Assembly: GCA_963785725.1 (NCBI GenBank)
Contig: CAWAWS010000003.1
Location: 288,001 to 352,000, forward strand
Origin: an uncultured delta proteobacterium
GTDB lineage: Bacteria > Myxococcota_A > Polyangia > Palsa-1104
Direction: 5' to 3'
Length of the DNA stretch: 64,000 bases
Every line of letters begins with the position of its first letter. The first letter of the stretch is position 1. Shown here one piece after another: positions 47,682 to 57,885 of this stretch. The notes below the pieces were generated by a model. The model did not search any database. It was not told where the DNA came from and worked only from the letters and a program-made list of their open reading frames with translations. The translations under genes and the position numbers were made by a program.

Positions 47682-48292
47682 GGCTGCTCCGTGGCGAAAG
47701 ACGGATCGAAGGCCAGATCGGCGCCCGTGGCCGTGCCCAGCCGCGCCCGCAGGTTCTTGCGCGCGCGATAGACGCGCTGGCGCACGGCGGCCATCGACGT
47801 GTGCATTGTCTCTGCAACTTTCCGCGTCGGCATGCCTTCGATGTCGCGCAGCATGAAGGCGGTGCGCTGGCAGTCGTCCAGCTGCTCGAGCGCGTCGAAC
47901 GCGATGCGCGTCAGCCGCCGCCGATCGAGCTGCTCGTCGGCGTCGTAAAATAGACGCGGCACCGACCCATCATCTTCGAGCACGAGCCGGCGCCGGCGGG
48001 CACTGCGATTGCGCATCAGCGCGGCGTTGATGGCGATGCGGCCGAGCCACGTGCGCAGCTTGGAGGCGCCGCGAAAGGACTCCAACGAGCGGTAGGCCAA
48101 GAAGAACGTCTCCTGCGAAATGTCTTCGGCATCGTCAGGATAGCGCGTGAAACGCAGCGCGATGCGATAGACCTGCGACTGGTGGCGCCGCACGATGGCG
48201 GCGAACGAGGCCTGGCACCCCGCGCGTGCGCGACTGAGCAGGACCTCATCCGTCGCATCCGGAACGCCCCGTAGCTCGGCGACAGCTCCCAT
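47678..48292 (-). CDS. ECF RNA polymerase sigma factor
   Basis: DAEDISQETF, TWLGRIAIN, LRDIEG..VA..AVRQRVYRAR. Confidence 0.88.
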   Translation of the reverse strand: MGAVAELRGVPDATDEVLLSRARAGCQASFAAIVRRHQSQVYRIALRFTRYPDDAEDISQETFFLAYRSLESFRGASKLRTWLGRIAINAALMRNRSARRRRLVLEDDGSVPRLFYDADEQLDRRRLTRIAFDALEQLDDCQRTAFMLRDIEGMPTRKVAETMHTSMAAVRQRVYRARKNLRARLGTATGADLAFDPSFATEQP

Positions 48293-48319
48293 GACACACT
48301 CCCTCCCTCGGGTGCGCGG

Positions 48320-48335
48320 TGCACCCGTGATGCCA
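48320..48335 (-). promoter_or_regulatory. Possible sigma54 promoter of the ECF-hydrolase pair
   Basis: TGGCAT-N5-GTGCA upstream of a GGAGGGAG RBS. Confidence 0.4.
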
Positions 48336-48769
48336 CGGCAGACACCCGTGGTCGCGCGCGCTTGCATCGGTCGCCCGCCGGTCGTCCGCCGCGCGGCAAC
48401 GCAATACCGTCGCCGCCGCAGGCGCGCCCAGGCGGCTACAGCAGATCGCTCATCGAGTCAGGCCTCGTCAGCTCGCCAGCGCGAGCGCCGAGGCGGTCAG
48501 ATGCGGCGGGGCGGCGCGTTCGCGGACCAGCTGTGCGGGCATCGCCCCGAGCGACGTCGCGCTCGGGTGGCCACGCGCTGTATCCACGATCGCGCCCGCG
48601 CACACACGGCCGATCGCCAACCTCGACTATGCGGCGTCATCGGCCGCAGCCTCCCCTGCCAAGCATACTCACCGACCCCCAATGACCTCGATAGCGAGCC
48701 CGCACAACCTCAAGGCACCGATGAGACCACGCCGCTCTGCGATTCCCGGCGAGCTATGAGCGCGATCGC

Positions 48770-49000
48770 CTACCACACCCCATCGACACGACCCGAGTCC
48801 CAACCACGGTGTCCGAGATAGTCAGCTGCGAGATCCGCCCCCGCGGATATGAAGCGCTGCCGATTATCCGCTAACTCAGTTAAGCCAATGTCGAGTAGCA
48901 CGCAAGCGAAGAATAGAAGCTCGAGCTCGTAATCGCGAGCCAGTCGCCGATCGCCCTGAGTGTCCGCCAACTTCGGGAAAAAAAAACTTACGCTGTCAGT
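48770..49000 (-). pseudogene. HD-domain protein remnant
   Basis: ELLFFACVLLDIGLT..QRF..AGADLAADYL..VW then a premature stop; HD reads LD. Confidence 0.5.
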
Positions 49001-49399
49001 CCGGAGCGCGACGCTTTCTTTGCTGCGCGCGCGCTCCACATCGCGCGCGCGCAGCAAATCGGGCAACGAGAGGAGCTCGCTGTCGTCGTCGGGAAACGAG
49101 CGGTTGTTCATACTCGGCCGAGCTACACGGATCGTGCCGGTGCGCGCAGCGTGCGGCTTCATTCTCGCGGCGGCAGCGTCGGGAACGCGACGCCGCTCAG
49201 TGGACGCTCGCGCCATCAGCTGCGTGAAACACCGTATATTGACGTTTGTTCTGTCGATACCGATTGACGATATGTTCCCCATGCGACGAATAAGATGAGC
49301 GCATGGACTTAGAACGCGTCGACCGGTCATGCACGAGGCTCGTCAGCGCCGCGCCGATGATCGACCTACGTCGTTTAGCGCAGTGTGCGCGTCTTCGCC

Positions 49400-50271
49400 G
49401 GCAACGTCGGTGCGCGCGCAACGCTCCGATAGCGACGATCTCGGCGGCGCGCGCGTCGTTCCAGTGACAGCGTAGGTTTCGTCCCAGGAGAGTGTCATCG
49501 CGTTGTTTCAGAGTCGTAACGAACGCGGGCGCGGATCGCTGTTGGGCTTGAGCAGATATTTCCGCAGCTTGTCCATCAGCGTCGAGCGACTCGTCACCAA
49601 CCGCCGCGCCGTGTCCGATTGATTGCGCGCCGCTGATTCGCAAGTGCGCAGGATGACGTCGCTCGAAAATTCCACCCGCTCGCTCAACGACAGGATCGAT
49701 TCGCCGCAGCGCCGCGCCAGCTCCTCGGCCAAACGCGGCAAGATCGCGAGCGCCGCTCGCGCAGCGACCGCAAGAGCAGCTCGACGACGGCGCGCCGATG
49801 ACAGAGCTCCTCGCGAATCGCCCGGCGCGCACCTCGTCGCGCCGATCGCGATTGGTGACGGCGATGATGCGCACGGCGACGCGCTCGGGCCGCGACGATC
49901 CGACGGGCTGGATCTCGCTTCCTGCAGCGTCCGCAAGAGCGCGGCCTGTCCGCGAATCATGCGCTGGCCCAGCGCTGTCTCGCTCACGAGGCGCCGGTGC
50001 GGGAGCCGCGCCGATCGAGCCGCCAGCGCGCGGATGACGACGAGCGGAACGCCGTCGATGTCGAGCGCTTTGTCAGGTCGTCGTAAGCGCCGGCTTCAAT
50101 GGCGCGCACGGCGTCGCGCAAGCCGTGCGCCGTCAGAATGACGACCGCTACGGTGGCGTCCTCCGCGTGAACCGCGCGCAAGAGGTCGACCCCGTCGCGG
50201 CGCGCAGCGCGAGCTCGGTCACCACATCGACGAGCCGGATCTTGCTCGTCCACATTTTTACAGCCAGTCAT
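49400..50271 (-). pseudogene. Degraded sigma54-dependent response regulator
   Basis: Fragments DGVDLL..VVILTAH..DAVRAIEAGAYD.LTK, QAALLRTLQE and RIIAVTNRD..VRAGRF in different frames. Confidence 0.7.
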
Positions 50272-50656
50272 GTGCCCAGGCGCAGACTCCGGTCGGCACG
50301 CACGGGATCACCCGCGTGAACCTACTCGGCGCGAAATCTGAGCCGCGTCGATCGAGTTTTTGGCCACGGCGACCAATAATTGTCCCGCCGTCGTCGCCCG
50401 AGCTCATGCGCTGAACGACTTACGTCGAATCACGCAGCCGTCGGCGGAGAATCATCGAGATAGATCGCGTTCGCGTCTCGGCCCGACGTCTTCCGAATCT
50501 CAGCTCATGAACCGATCATGAATGAACGCCGCCGGCGCGATGTCGCTCAGCGAGCTCGGCGGTTCCTGCTTCGTCGGTCGCGTTATCTGGCTCGGAAGCT
50601 GCGTGCGTCTCTCAGTGGACGAGCCTCATCAGATCCGAATCGCGAGAGGAGATCCC

Positions 50657-51397
50657 ATGTCGACGTTGCAGAAGAAAGTTGCACTCATTACCGGTGGCGC
50701 ACACGGCATTGGCGCCGCAATCGCCAAGCGACTGGCGGCCGAAGGTGCGACCGTGGCTCTCACTTATGCGCAAGACAGCGACGGGGCGGCGGCGGTCGTC
50801 GCGGCGATCGAGCGCGGCGGCGGCCACGCGCTGGCCGTGCACGCCAACGCCGCCGACGCCGCCGAGGTCAAGGCCGCGGTCGAAAAGATCGTCGGCGCGC
50901 TCGGCAAGATCGACGTGCTCGTCAACAACGCAGGCACGGCCATTCCCAAGCGGTTCGAGGACACGACGCTCGCGGAGCTCGACCGGGTCATCGACATCAA
51001 CTTGCGCGGCACGTTCGTCACGACGCAGGCGGCGCTGAAGCACATGAACGACGGCGGCCGCATCATCATGATCGGCTCGTGCGTTGGCGAGCGCGTGATG
51101 ACGCCGGGATTGGTGCCCTACTCGGCCACGAAGGGCGCGATCAAGATGTTCGCCCAAGGGCTGGCGCGCGAGGTCGGCGGCCGCGGTATCACCGTCAACA
51201 ACGTCCAGCCGGGTCCCATCGACACCGAGCTCAATCCGGCGTCGGGCGATTGGGCGGTGCCACAGAAAGCCAACACGGCGCTCGACCGCTACGGGACCGT
51301 CGACGAAGTCGCGGCGTTGGTGGCCTTCGTGGCCGGCCCCGAGTCGTCTTACATCACCGGCGCCAACCTGACCATCGACGGCGGCACCAACGCGTAA
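50657..51397 (+). CDS. Short-chain dehydrogenase/reductase
   Basis: TGGAHGIG, VNNAG, YSATK, PGPIDT, IDGG. Confidence 0.93.
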   Translation: MSTLQKKVALITGGAHGIGAAIAKRLAAEGATVALTYAQDSDGAAAVVAAIERGGGHALAVHANAADAAEVKAAVEKIVGALGKIDVLVNNAGTAIPKRFEDTTLAELDRVIDINLRGTFVTTQAALKHMNDGGRIIMIGSCVGERVMTPGLVPYSATKGAIKMFAQGLAREVGGRGITVNNVQPGPIDTELNPASGDWAVPQKANTALDRYGTVDEVAALVAFVAGPESSYITGANLTIDGGTNA

Positions 51398-51544
51398 CGG
51401 CCGCACACGAACGCCGGCGCGATCAATCCGCGGCCACTTCCGCCTCGCCGATCGATCGAACGCGCAACTTTTCCACCTCGCCACCGATGACTGATTGGGC
51501 CGTCAGGTTGACAGCCACGTCCGTCGGTGAGAAGTGAGGTGGTG

Positions 51545-52300
51545 ATGGCACGTCTGCTCTTGATCTTGATCACGTCGCTCGGGCTCCTCGGCAACGTCGC
51601 GCATGCCGACAGCGCGGCGGCGCGGAAGCATTACGATCGCGGGACCAAGGCGTTCAACCTGCAGGATTTCCAGAGCGCGCTGCACGAGTTCCAAGCGGCC
51701 TACAACGAGCAGCCCGACGCCGCGTTCCTCTTCAATATCGCCCAGGCGCAGCGGCAGCTCGGTCAATACGACGTGGCCGCCAAGTCCTATCGCCTCTTTC
51801 TCGCCAATCAGCCGAACGCGCCCAACCGCGAGCAGGTGACGCGACTCATCGAGGAGATGGACAAGGCGGCGGCCGAAGCGCATGCCAAGACGCCACCGAC
51901 GGGAACGGAGCCGCCGTCGGGCAACGTCGTCGCGCACGAGAGCGCGCCGCCACCGCCGCCGGCCGTCGCCGTCGTCGACACGGGTAAGCCGATGCGGCTG
52001 GCCGGCATCGTCACCGCCGGCGTCGGCGTCGCCGGGTTGGCGCTCGGTATCGCGTTCGCCGCGCTGTCGAAGCAGGCCGGCGACGACGCCTATCACCCGA
52101 AGAGCGGCATCTACGATCACGACGCCGACCTACGTCAGACGACGTACCGCAACGCCGACATCGCCTGCTTCGTCGTCGGTGGCGCGGCGGTCGTCGTGGG
52201 CACGACGATGTGGCTGCTCGGTCACAAGCGCGGCGCCGCCTCGGCGCGCGCGGCGTTGTCGCCCGCGTCGTCGGCCGGCGGATTCGCGGTGAGCTTCTAA
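51545..52300 (+). CDS. Secreted TPR protein with C-terminal hydrophobic hairpin
   Basis: Signal AHA; TPR-like FLFNIAQAQRQLG; two Gly-rich hydrophobic segments; ends GGFAVSF. Confidence 0.8.
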   Translation: MARLLLILITSLGLLGNVAHADSAAARKHYDRGTKAFNLQDFQSALHEFQAAYNEQPDAAFLFNIAQAQRQLGQYDVAAKSYRLFLANQPNAPNREQVTRLIEEMDKAAAEAHAKTPPTGTEPPSGNVVAHESAPPPPPAVAVVDTGKPMRLAGIVTAGVGVAGLALGIAFAALSKQAGDDAYHPKSGIYDHDADLRQTTYRNADIACFVVGGAAVVVGTTMWLLGHKRGAASARAALSPASSAGGFAVSF

Positions 52301-53565
52301 TGGCGCGCGCGTTCCTTTTCTCGTGCGCGATCTCGTTGGCGCTCGCGAGCGGCTGCGCCGATCTACCGGCCGACGGCGCTCTGCAGTGCGGTCCCGATCC
52401 GGCGCATCCGTGCCCCGACGGCTTCGACTGCCTCGACGGCCAGTGCTACCGCCACGGGCACGGCCCCGACCTGAGCGTCGCCGACAACGGCGACATGGCG
52501 CGCGAGACCAGCAACCTCGACGGCGGCGCGACGGAAGACTTGTTGCCGGCCTGCGGCGCCTCGGGCCAGCCGTGCTGCGCGACGAACCAGTGCGGCACCG
52601 GGCTGGCCTGCTACAACGCGACCTGCGCCAGCGCCGACGTCTGGACCATCGGCTTCGGCAACAACGTCGTGCTGTCGAATCATTGGAACGGCGCCGCGTG
52701 GTCGTCGCAGAGCGCCATCACGCCGTCGGGCCTGCTCACGCCGAGCATCACGCGTCTGTGGGGCTCGACGAGCAGCGACATCTGGGCCGTCGGCTCGGGC
52801 GAGCCGCAAGGCCCGCCGAGCAATCAGCCGCCCGTGCCCGCCGTCTATCGCTGGCAAGGCAACGCGTGGACCTACTGCGCGGTGTCGAGCGGCTGCGCCG
52901 TGCCCTCGTCGACGGGGCTGACGAACATCTTCGGCCTCGCCGCCAACGACATCTGGGTCACCGCCAACGACGGCGCGTACCATTGGGACGGCTCGGTATG
53001 GTCCGCCAAGTCGACGGGAATGACGACCGGCGCCTCGCGCGCGCAAGCCATCTGGTGCGCCACGACCAATGATTGCTGGGCCGTCGGAAACGACCAGAAC
53101 ATCGACATCCTCTTGCAGCACTGGAACGGCACGACCTGGAGCCTGGGCAACTACCAGGCCGCCGGCGGCCAGCTCGAGGCCGTCTGGGGCTTTGCCAGCA
53201 ACGACGTCTGGGCCGTCGGCAGCAACAGCGCCGGGCCGGTCCTCATTCACTATGACGGCACGATGTGGGGCAGCTCGTATTTCGTCGCCAACTCGGCGCC
53301 GATGGCCGGCGTATGGGGCGCCGCCAGCAACGACGTCTGGGCCGTCGGCAACAATGGCAACATCGCGCACTGGAACGGCAGCGGCTGGACGGGCTCGGCG
53401 CTCGGCGTCGCGATCAACTGCGACTCCGTCTACGGCTTCTCGTCCAAAGACGTCTGGATCTCGGCCGCCAACACGATGCTGCACTGGGACGGCAACGCCT
53501 GGACGTCGACGATGGCGGCCGGCGCCGGCGCCGACATGCGCGGGCTGTGGGGTCCGAAGCTATAG
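52300..53565 (+). CDS. Lipoprotein with Cys-rich N-terminus and WGxxxxDVWAVG propeller repeats
   Basis: ASGC lipobox; about seven DxWAVG..HWxG repeats; TAATG coupling. Confidence 0.85.
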   Translation: MARAFLFSCAISLALASGCADLPADGALQCGPDPAHPCPDGFDCLDGQCYRHGHGPDLSVADNGDMARETSNLDGGATEDLLPACGASGQPCCATNQCGTGLACYNATCASADVWTIGFGNNVVLSNHWNGAAWSSQSAITPSGLLTPSITRLWGSTSSDIWAVGSGEPQGPPSNQPPVPAVYRWQGNAWTYCAVSSGCAVPSSTGLTNIFGLAANDIWVTANDGAYHWDGSVWSAKSTGMTTGASRAQAIWCATTNDCWAVGNDQNIDILLQHWNGTTWSLGNYQAAGGQLEAVWGFASNDVWAVGSNSAGPVLIHYDGTMWGSSYFVANSAPMAGVWGAASNDVWAVGNNGNIAHWNGSGWTGSALGVAINCDSVYGFSSKDVWISAANTMLHWDGNAWTSTMAAGAGADMRGLWGPKL

Positions 53566-53574
53566 CGACTGCAA

Positions 53575-54945
53575 CTAAGGATTAGCGGTCGGTTTCGGTT
53601 TGTAATATCCAGCGCGCAATAGCAGGTCGAGGTTCTTCTCGATATAGTCCCGCTCCTCAGGCGGCGCATTCGGCTCCAATAGATCCATATGCCGGGCGAC
53701 GAGCTCTTTGGCAGAGAGCCCGCGGTTCAGATCGACCGCGAACGCGTCCATCTCCTCGACGTGCGGATTCTTGCCCGATCGGGGAATCGCGTTGAGATAG
53801 ACGCACGCCGCCAACAGGCAAAGGAACCAGCGAATGCCGCGGCCGACATTGGGCGGACCATAATCGAGCGACACGAGATAGACGACGCACAACATCGGTA
53901 GCGCCAGCGGCGCGTAGTGGAATTCGAGGTAATACTCCCAGCCGCGCCCACCGCGACCGTAGCCAATCGATAGTGCCAGTAGAGCCAATGAGCCGACGAG
54001 CGCCAACAATGCAAAGGCGCGTCCGTCGAATCGCTCGCGACGAACGGCCGCGGCCAGCACGACGGCGGTGGCGCCGAGCAGCACGGTGACGATGATTCCG
54101 CCGAGTGGCCAAAAACGCGCGAAATTCGGGCCCAAGCCGGACGCGAGCAGATGAGCGGTGACACCGGCGGCGGCGAGCAAGGTCGGCTTGCCCCACGGAT
54201 GCGGGGTCGAATGCCAGCCAACGAGATAGAATATCGATAAGCCGACGCTGGCCAAACCGCCGCCGAGCGCGACCGCCGCCGCCGCTGAATCCTTAGTGCG
54301 GACTCGCTGCAGCCCCAACACGATTAGCCAGACGGCGATCGGGGGCACGAGCGTCAAGCCGTTGCCGCCACACAGGGGCAGCGCCAGCGTCGCCAACACG
54401 ATCACGACGAGCGCGCCGGCGGACAGGCGCGCGGAAAACACTACGACGAAGAGGATCAACGAAAAGAACAGCGTCGACGAGACGAATTGGAATTGAGCGC
54501 CCCACATGACACTGCTCTGTAAAACATGCAGCAGCAGGAAGACGAAGAAGCAGTCGCTGAGACTATTGGCGCCGCGACGTCGGCACGCGGCCAGCAAGAA
54601 GGCGCCGGCGATGGTCGCCAGCACGGCGACGTTGAGCCACACCGGCGCGCGAAAGTCACCGCCGTCCATGCGACCGAGCGCGACGAAGGCCAACCGCGGG
54701 ATCAAGATTCGATGCTCGTTGTGCTGCGACCAGAGCCAGCCGAGCGTGAACGGCTGCCGGCCCGACAAGACCGGCACGCACATATACCAATCGTCCGCGA
54801 ACGGGAATCGTTGCGCGAAATGGTGCACGAAGCAGATGGCGACGATGACGGCGCCCAGCCACGCGGCCCAGCACGCCAGCATGACGAGGGACCGCCGCCG
54901 CCGCGCCGCCGGCGTCATGGAGCGTGCGCTCTCGGATGAAGTCAC
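53575..54945 (-). CDS. Polytopic membrane protein, possible GT-C glycosyltransferase
   Basis: About 11 TM segments; PFADDW after TM1; WSQHNEHRI. Confidence 0.65.
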   Translation of the reverse strand: MTSSESARSMTPAARRRRSLVMLACWAAWLGAVIVAICFVHHFAQRFPFADDWYMCVPVLSGRQPFTLGWLWSQHNEHRILIPRLAFVALGRMDGGDFRAPVWLNVAVLATIAGAFLLAACRRRGANSLSDCFFVFLLLHVLQSSVMWGAQFQFVSSTLFFSLILFVVVFSARLSAGALVVIVLATLALPLCGGNGLTLVPPIAVWLIVLGLQRVRTKDSAAAAVALGGGLASVGLSIFYLVGWHSTPHPWGKPTLLAAAGVTAHLLASGLGPNFARFWPLGGIIVTVLLGATAVVLAAAVRRERFDGRAFALLALVGSLALLALSIGYGRGGRGWEYYLEFHYAPLALPMLCVVYLVSLDYGPPNVGRGIRWFLCLLAACVYLNAIPRSGKNPHVEEMDAFAVDLNRGLSAKELVARHMDLLEPNAPPEERDYIEKNLDLLLRAGYYKPKPTANP

Positions 54946-55270
54946 GCGCGGAACTTAGCAGGCGCCGGCCCGACTGTCTCTTGCATATCGACTCAAGCAT
55001 TCGCGAGCCACTGCGACACGATGTCAGTCCGAAAAGCCGCTATCGGCGAATGAACGAGCTGGCCGGCTATTTCGCGGGCGCCAACAGCGGCTCGCTCGGC
55101 TCGCCGACGGCCCGATCCGTCGCGGGCAATCCCGTGGTCCAGCGCGGCACAAACGTCGAGCTGCGACTATCCGACACCGCTCTATTGCCTTCAGAAGCAG
55201 ATCGTCTGCCACCGTCGGCCATCGCAGACGTCCATTCGCGCGCTCGCTCGATTACATTCAATCTTCGCAG

Positions 55271-56005
55271 TCATTCGTCATGACTAGAGGAGTCGCTAAT
55301 CGACACGGGAGCACGCGCTTGCCGGATCGCCTGCGCCGCGCTCTTGAAATTGACGCTGACGCGCGGTCCGGCATATTCACGCTGCTTCGGGACACAATGT
55401 AGCCAGTCGCGCTGACAGCGACCGCCCATGACGATCAGGTCGCCGCCTTCCGGTGTAAACACGGTGCTGGCGCCACCTTTACGCGGCCGAACGAGGAAGC
55501 GCCGCGCGGCGCCGAGGCTGAGGACGGGGACGATACACTCGTCGCGCTTGCAAGACGACGAATCGGCGTGCCAGCTCGTGCTATCGTGGTTGTCGCGATA
55601 TAAGTTGACCCATAAGCCGTCGTAAGGGACTCGATAATGCTCGGCCAGCGCGGCGCCGATCGTGCGCAAGAGCGGTATCGGCGTCTCGGCGAGCGCCGGA
55701 TATTCGGCCGTCAGCCGCGGCTCGCGCACCCGCTGCGTGAACATCCAGCGATCGCGCTGCGCCCACTGCGCTGTCGCCAGCAAGTCCTCGAGCAACGCCT
55801 CATGTCGCATGAGCCATTGCGGGACATGCTCGACCCACGAGAATGCATCGAGCTGCACTCGGCGCGCGCGACCAAACGACAGGTCGAGCGTGGGCTCGGC
55901 CGGCTCGAAGAGCCGCATTTGCGTCGGCCCGACCTTCGTACGCGCGGCTCGGGCCGCGGCGAGCGTAGGCGGCGAGGTGCGCGAGAACCGAGGCTCGTCA
56001 GCCAT
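55271..56005 (-). CDS. AlkB-family 2OG-Fe(II) dioxygenase
   Basis: NLYRD..DSTSWHAD, LSLGAAR, WLHCVPK, RVSVNF; start uncertain. Confidence 0.88.
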   Translation of the reverse strand: MADEPRFSRTSPPTLAAARAARTKVGPTQMRLFEPAEPTLDLSFGRARRVQLDAFSWVEHVPQWLMRHEALLEDLLATAQWAQRDRWMFTQRVREPRLTAEYPALAETPIPLLRTIGAALAEHYRVPYDGLWVNLYRDNHDSTSWHADSSSCKRDECIVPVLSLGAARRFLVRPRKGGASTVFTPEGGDLIVMGGRCQRDWLHCVPKQREYAGPRVSVNFKSAAQAIRQARAPVSISDSSSHDE

Positions 56006-56127
56006 GACGCGTCTATATAGATCGCAGTCGGCCGCGAGGCTCGCGCGATGAACGATTGAGCGCGACATCCGGACGCGGCGACTGCTGCCACTAAGAGAAT
56101 CGTGGTCGCGCGCGATGGCCGAGCGGC

Positions 56128-56262
56128 TCAGGCGTCGTGCGGCGTCGTACCCGCCGGTCGCGGCAAATCGCGCGGCTTCTGGGTCGTCAACGGCGTGCCG
56201 GGCTTGAAGCCGCCACCACCGCCTACGACCTGCTCGAGCTCTTTCTCGGAGATTGGCTTCAT
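56128..56262 (-). CDS. 44-aa peptide with double-glycine (bacteriocin-type) leader
   Basis: Manual translation MKPISEKELEQVVGGGGGFKPGTPLTTQKPRDLPRPAGTTPHDA; AGGAG RBS 6 nt upstream; below the ORF-track cutoff. Confidence 0.75.
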   Translation of the reverse strand: MKPISEKELEQVVGGGGGFKPGTPLTTQKPRDLPRPAGTTPHDA

Positions 56263-56281
56263 ATCTTGCTCCTATCTAGGT

Positions 56282-57160
56282 TCATTCGCCAGCTGCCGCA
56301 AAGGAGGGATCGACAAAGAGGATCGACAAATCGCTGCGCGGCACGTAGTCGCTCGCCACCAGCTCGTATCGCGTCGGCGACGTCTTCTTGAGCCCGTCGA
56401 GGCACACCGAGACGAATTCGCTCGGCGGCGACTTCTCGATCGTCAGGTGGAAGCGCCCGATCGGCCCGGCCCAAGTCAGCGCCGTCTTCAGGATGTATTT
56501 GATCGACCGAATCTGCAGGCTGACGCGGGGTCCAGTTGGAATGGCGTGCTGGCCTCGCAGGATGTCGAACAGACTCTTGTGCGTGCGCGTCCCGACGCAG
56601 AAGTCGCGACCGAGCTCCAACCTGCTGTCGCTCTGGTCCCGAATCCAACCGATAGCATCCGCCGGCTTGTACGAGTGCTCGACGACGACCGACTTCCCGG
56701 CGCCAAAGCGCTGCGTCCAATGATGTGTGACGCTGTCCATGGGCCAATTGGGACGCTGCGGATCGAGCGGCTGCCGCTTGCGCTCGGTGTGAAACGCGGT
56801 CGATTTTCCGTCGATCGTCACCGCAAACCCGAGCGGATTGTCGGAGCAGGCATCATACGCTTCGGACTCCTCCGAATCCGGGCCGCAAGCCGGACCCTCC
56901 TTCGCTGGAATCGGCGGGAGTGGAAACGCGACCTCCGTCTCGATGTCATGGTCGGTGATGTTGCGAAACGAGTAGCGGACGCGCACCTCCTTTTCGGAGA
57001 TGAACAGATCCTCGGTCTCCATTCGCACGCCATCGAGGTGCTTGAAGACGAGCTCGCCCGCGGCGAGGCCCGCCGCGCCGTCGTTCGCCCGCGCCTCGCG
57101 CGCGGCGAGCGCCACCAGCCCGCCGACGATCAAGAGCACCCGACGAATTCGCCCGCGCAC
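56282..57160 (-). CDS. DUF4424-like secreted protein
   Basis: ARA-NDG..AAGELVF, MxxEDLFIS..VRVRY.F.N, YILKTALTWAGPIGRFHLTIEK. Confidence 0.8.
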   Translation of the reverse strand: MRGRIRRVLLIVGGLVALAAREARANDGAAGLAAGELVFKHLDGVRMETEDLFISEKEVRVRYSFRNITDHDIETEVAFPLPPIPAKEGPACGPDSEESEAYDACSDNPLGFAVTIDGKSTAFHTERKRQPLDPQRPNWPMDSVTHHWTQRFGAGKSVVVEHSYKPADAIGWIRDQSDSRLELGRDFCVGTRTHKSLFDILRGQHAIPTGPRVSLQIRSIKYILKTALTWAGPIGRFHLTIEKSPPSEFVSVCLDGLKKTSPTRYELVASDYVPRSDLSILFVDPSFAAAGE

Positions 57161-57510
57161 ACGGCGACGCTAACATGGACGCCGCGCTCATTGGGCGCTT
57201 CAGGCTCGTTTCGAGTGATCTAAACAGTGCCGCGTAGGTTGGGAGACAAGCGGAAGACAAGGAAGGCGCGAGGAGCCCGCGCAGAGCGGAGCGACGTGCG
57301 GACTGTCCATCCCGAAGGCCACAGCCGCGTCCTCGAGCTGACGCCCGTGTCCCAGCGCACGGTGCTGCGTTCCCAATGTCCAACAGCGGCGCAACGCCCG
57401 CCTTCGGACACGCTGCTGAGCGAACGCGTACGTCGAATTGACAAGGATGAGCGAAGGAAATACGACATGACCAGCGATAGTACGGCGTAAAGACCTGGAG
57501 CCGAGAGACC

Positions 57511-57885
57511 ATGATCCCGAGCCCCGTGACCGACCTCAAGACGTTCGTGCCGGCTAAGGATCCCGAGCTGTCCAAGCAGTTCTATCGCGACCTCGGCTTT
57601 ACCATCAATTGGTCCAATGCCGAGGTCGCGGAGCTTCAGATCGGCGAGTTTCGCTTCCTGCTGCAGTCCTTCTTCGTCGAAGAGCACGCGCACAATTTCA
57701 TGATGACGCTCAACGTCGCCGATGCCGACCTTTGGTGGGAACATATCCAGCAAATGCAATTGGCGACGAAGTATCCCGGCATCATGTGTAAGCCGCCGGT
57801 CATGCAGCCTTGGGGAATTCGCGTGCTCTACTTGAGCGATCCGAGCGGCGTTCTATGGCACATCACGGATCCGCGTAAGTCGTAA
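57511..57885 (+). CDS. VOC/glyoxalase family protein
   Basis: FVPAKD.ELSKQFYRDLGF, QPWG.R, DPSGVLW. Confidence 0.9.
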   Translation: MIPSPVTDLKTFVPAKDPELSKQFYRDLGFTINWSNAEVAELQIGEFRFLLQSFFVEEHAHNFMMTLNVADADLWWEHIQQMQLATKYPGIMCKPPVMQPWGIRVLYLSDPSGVLWHITDPRKS

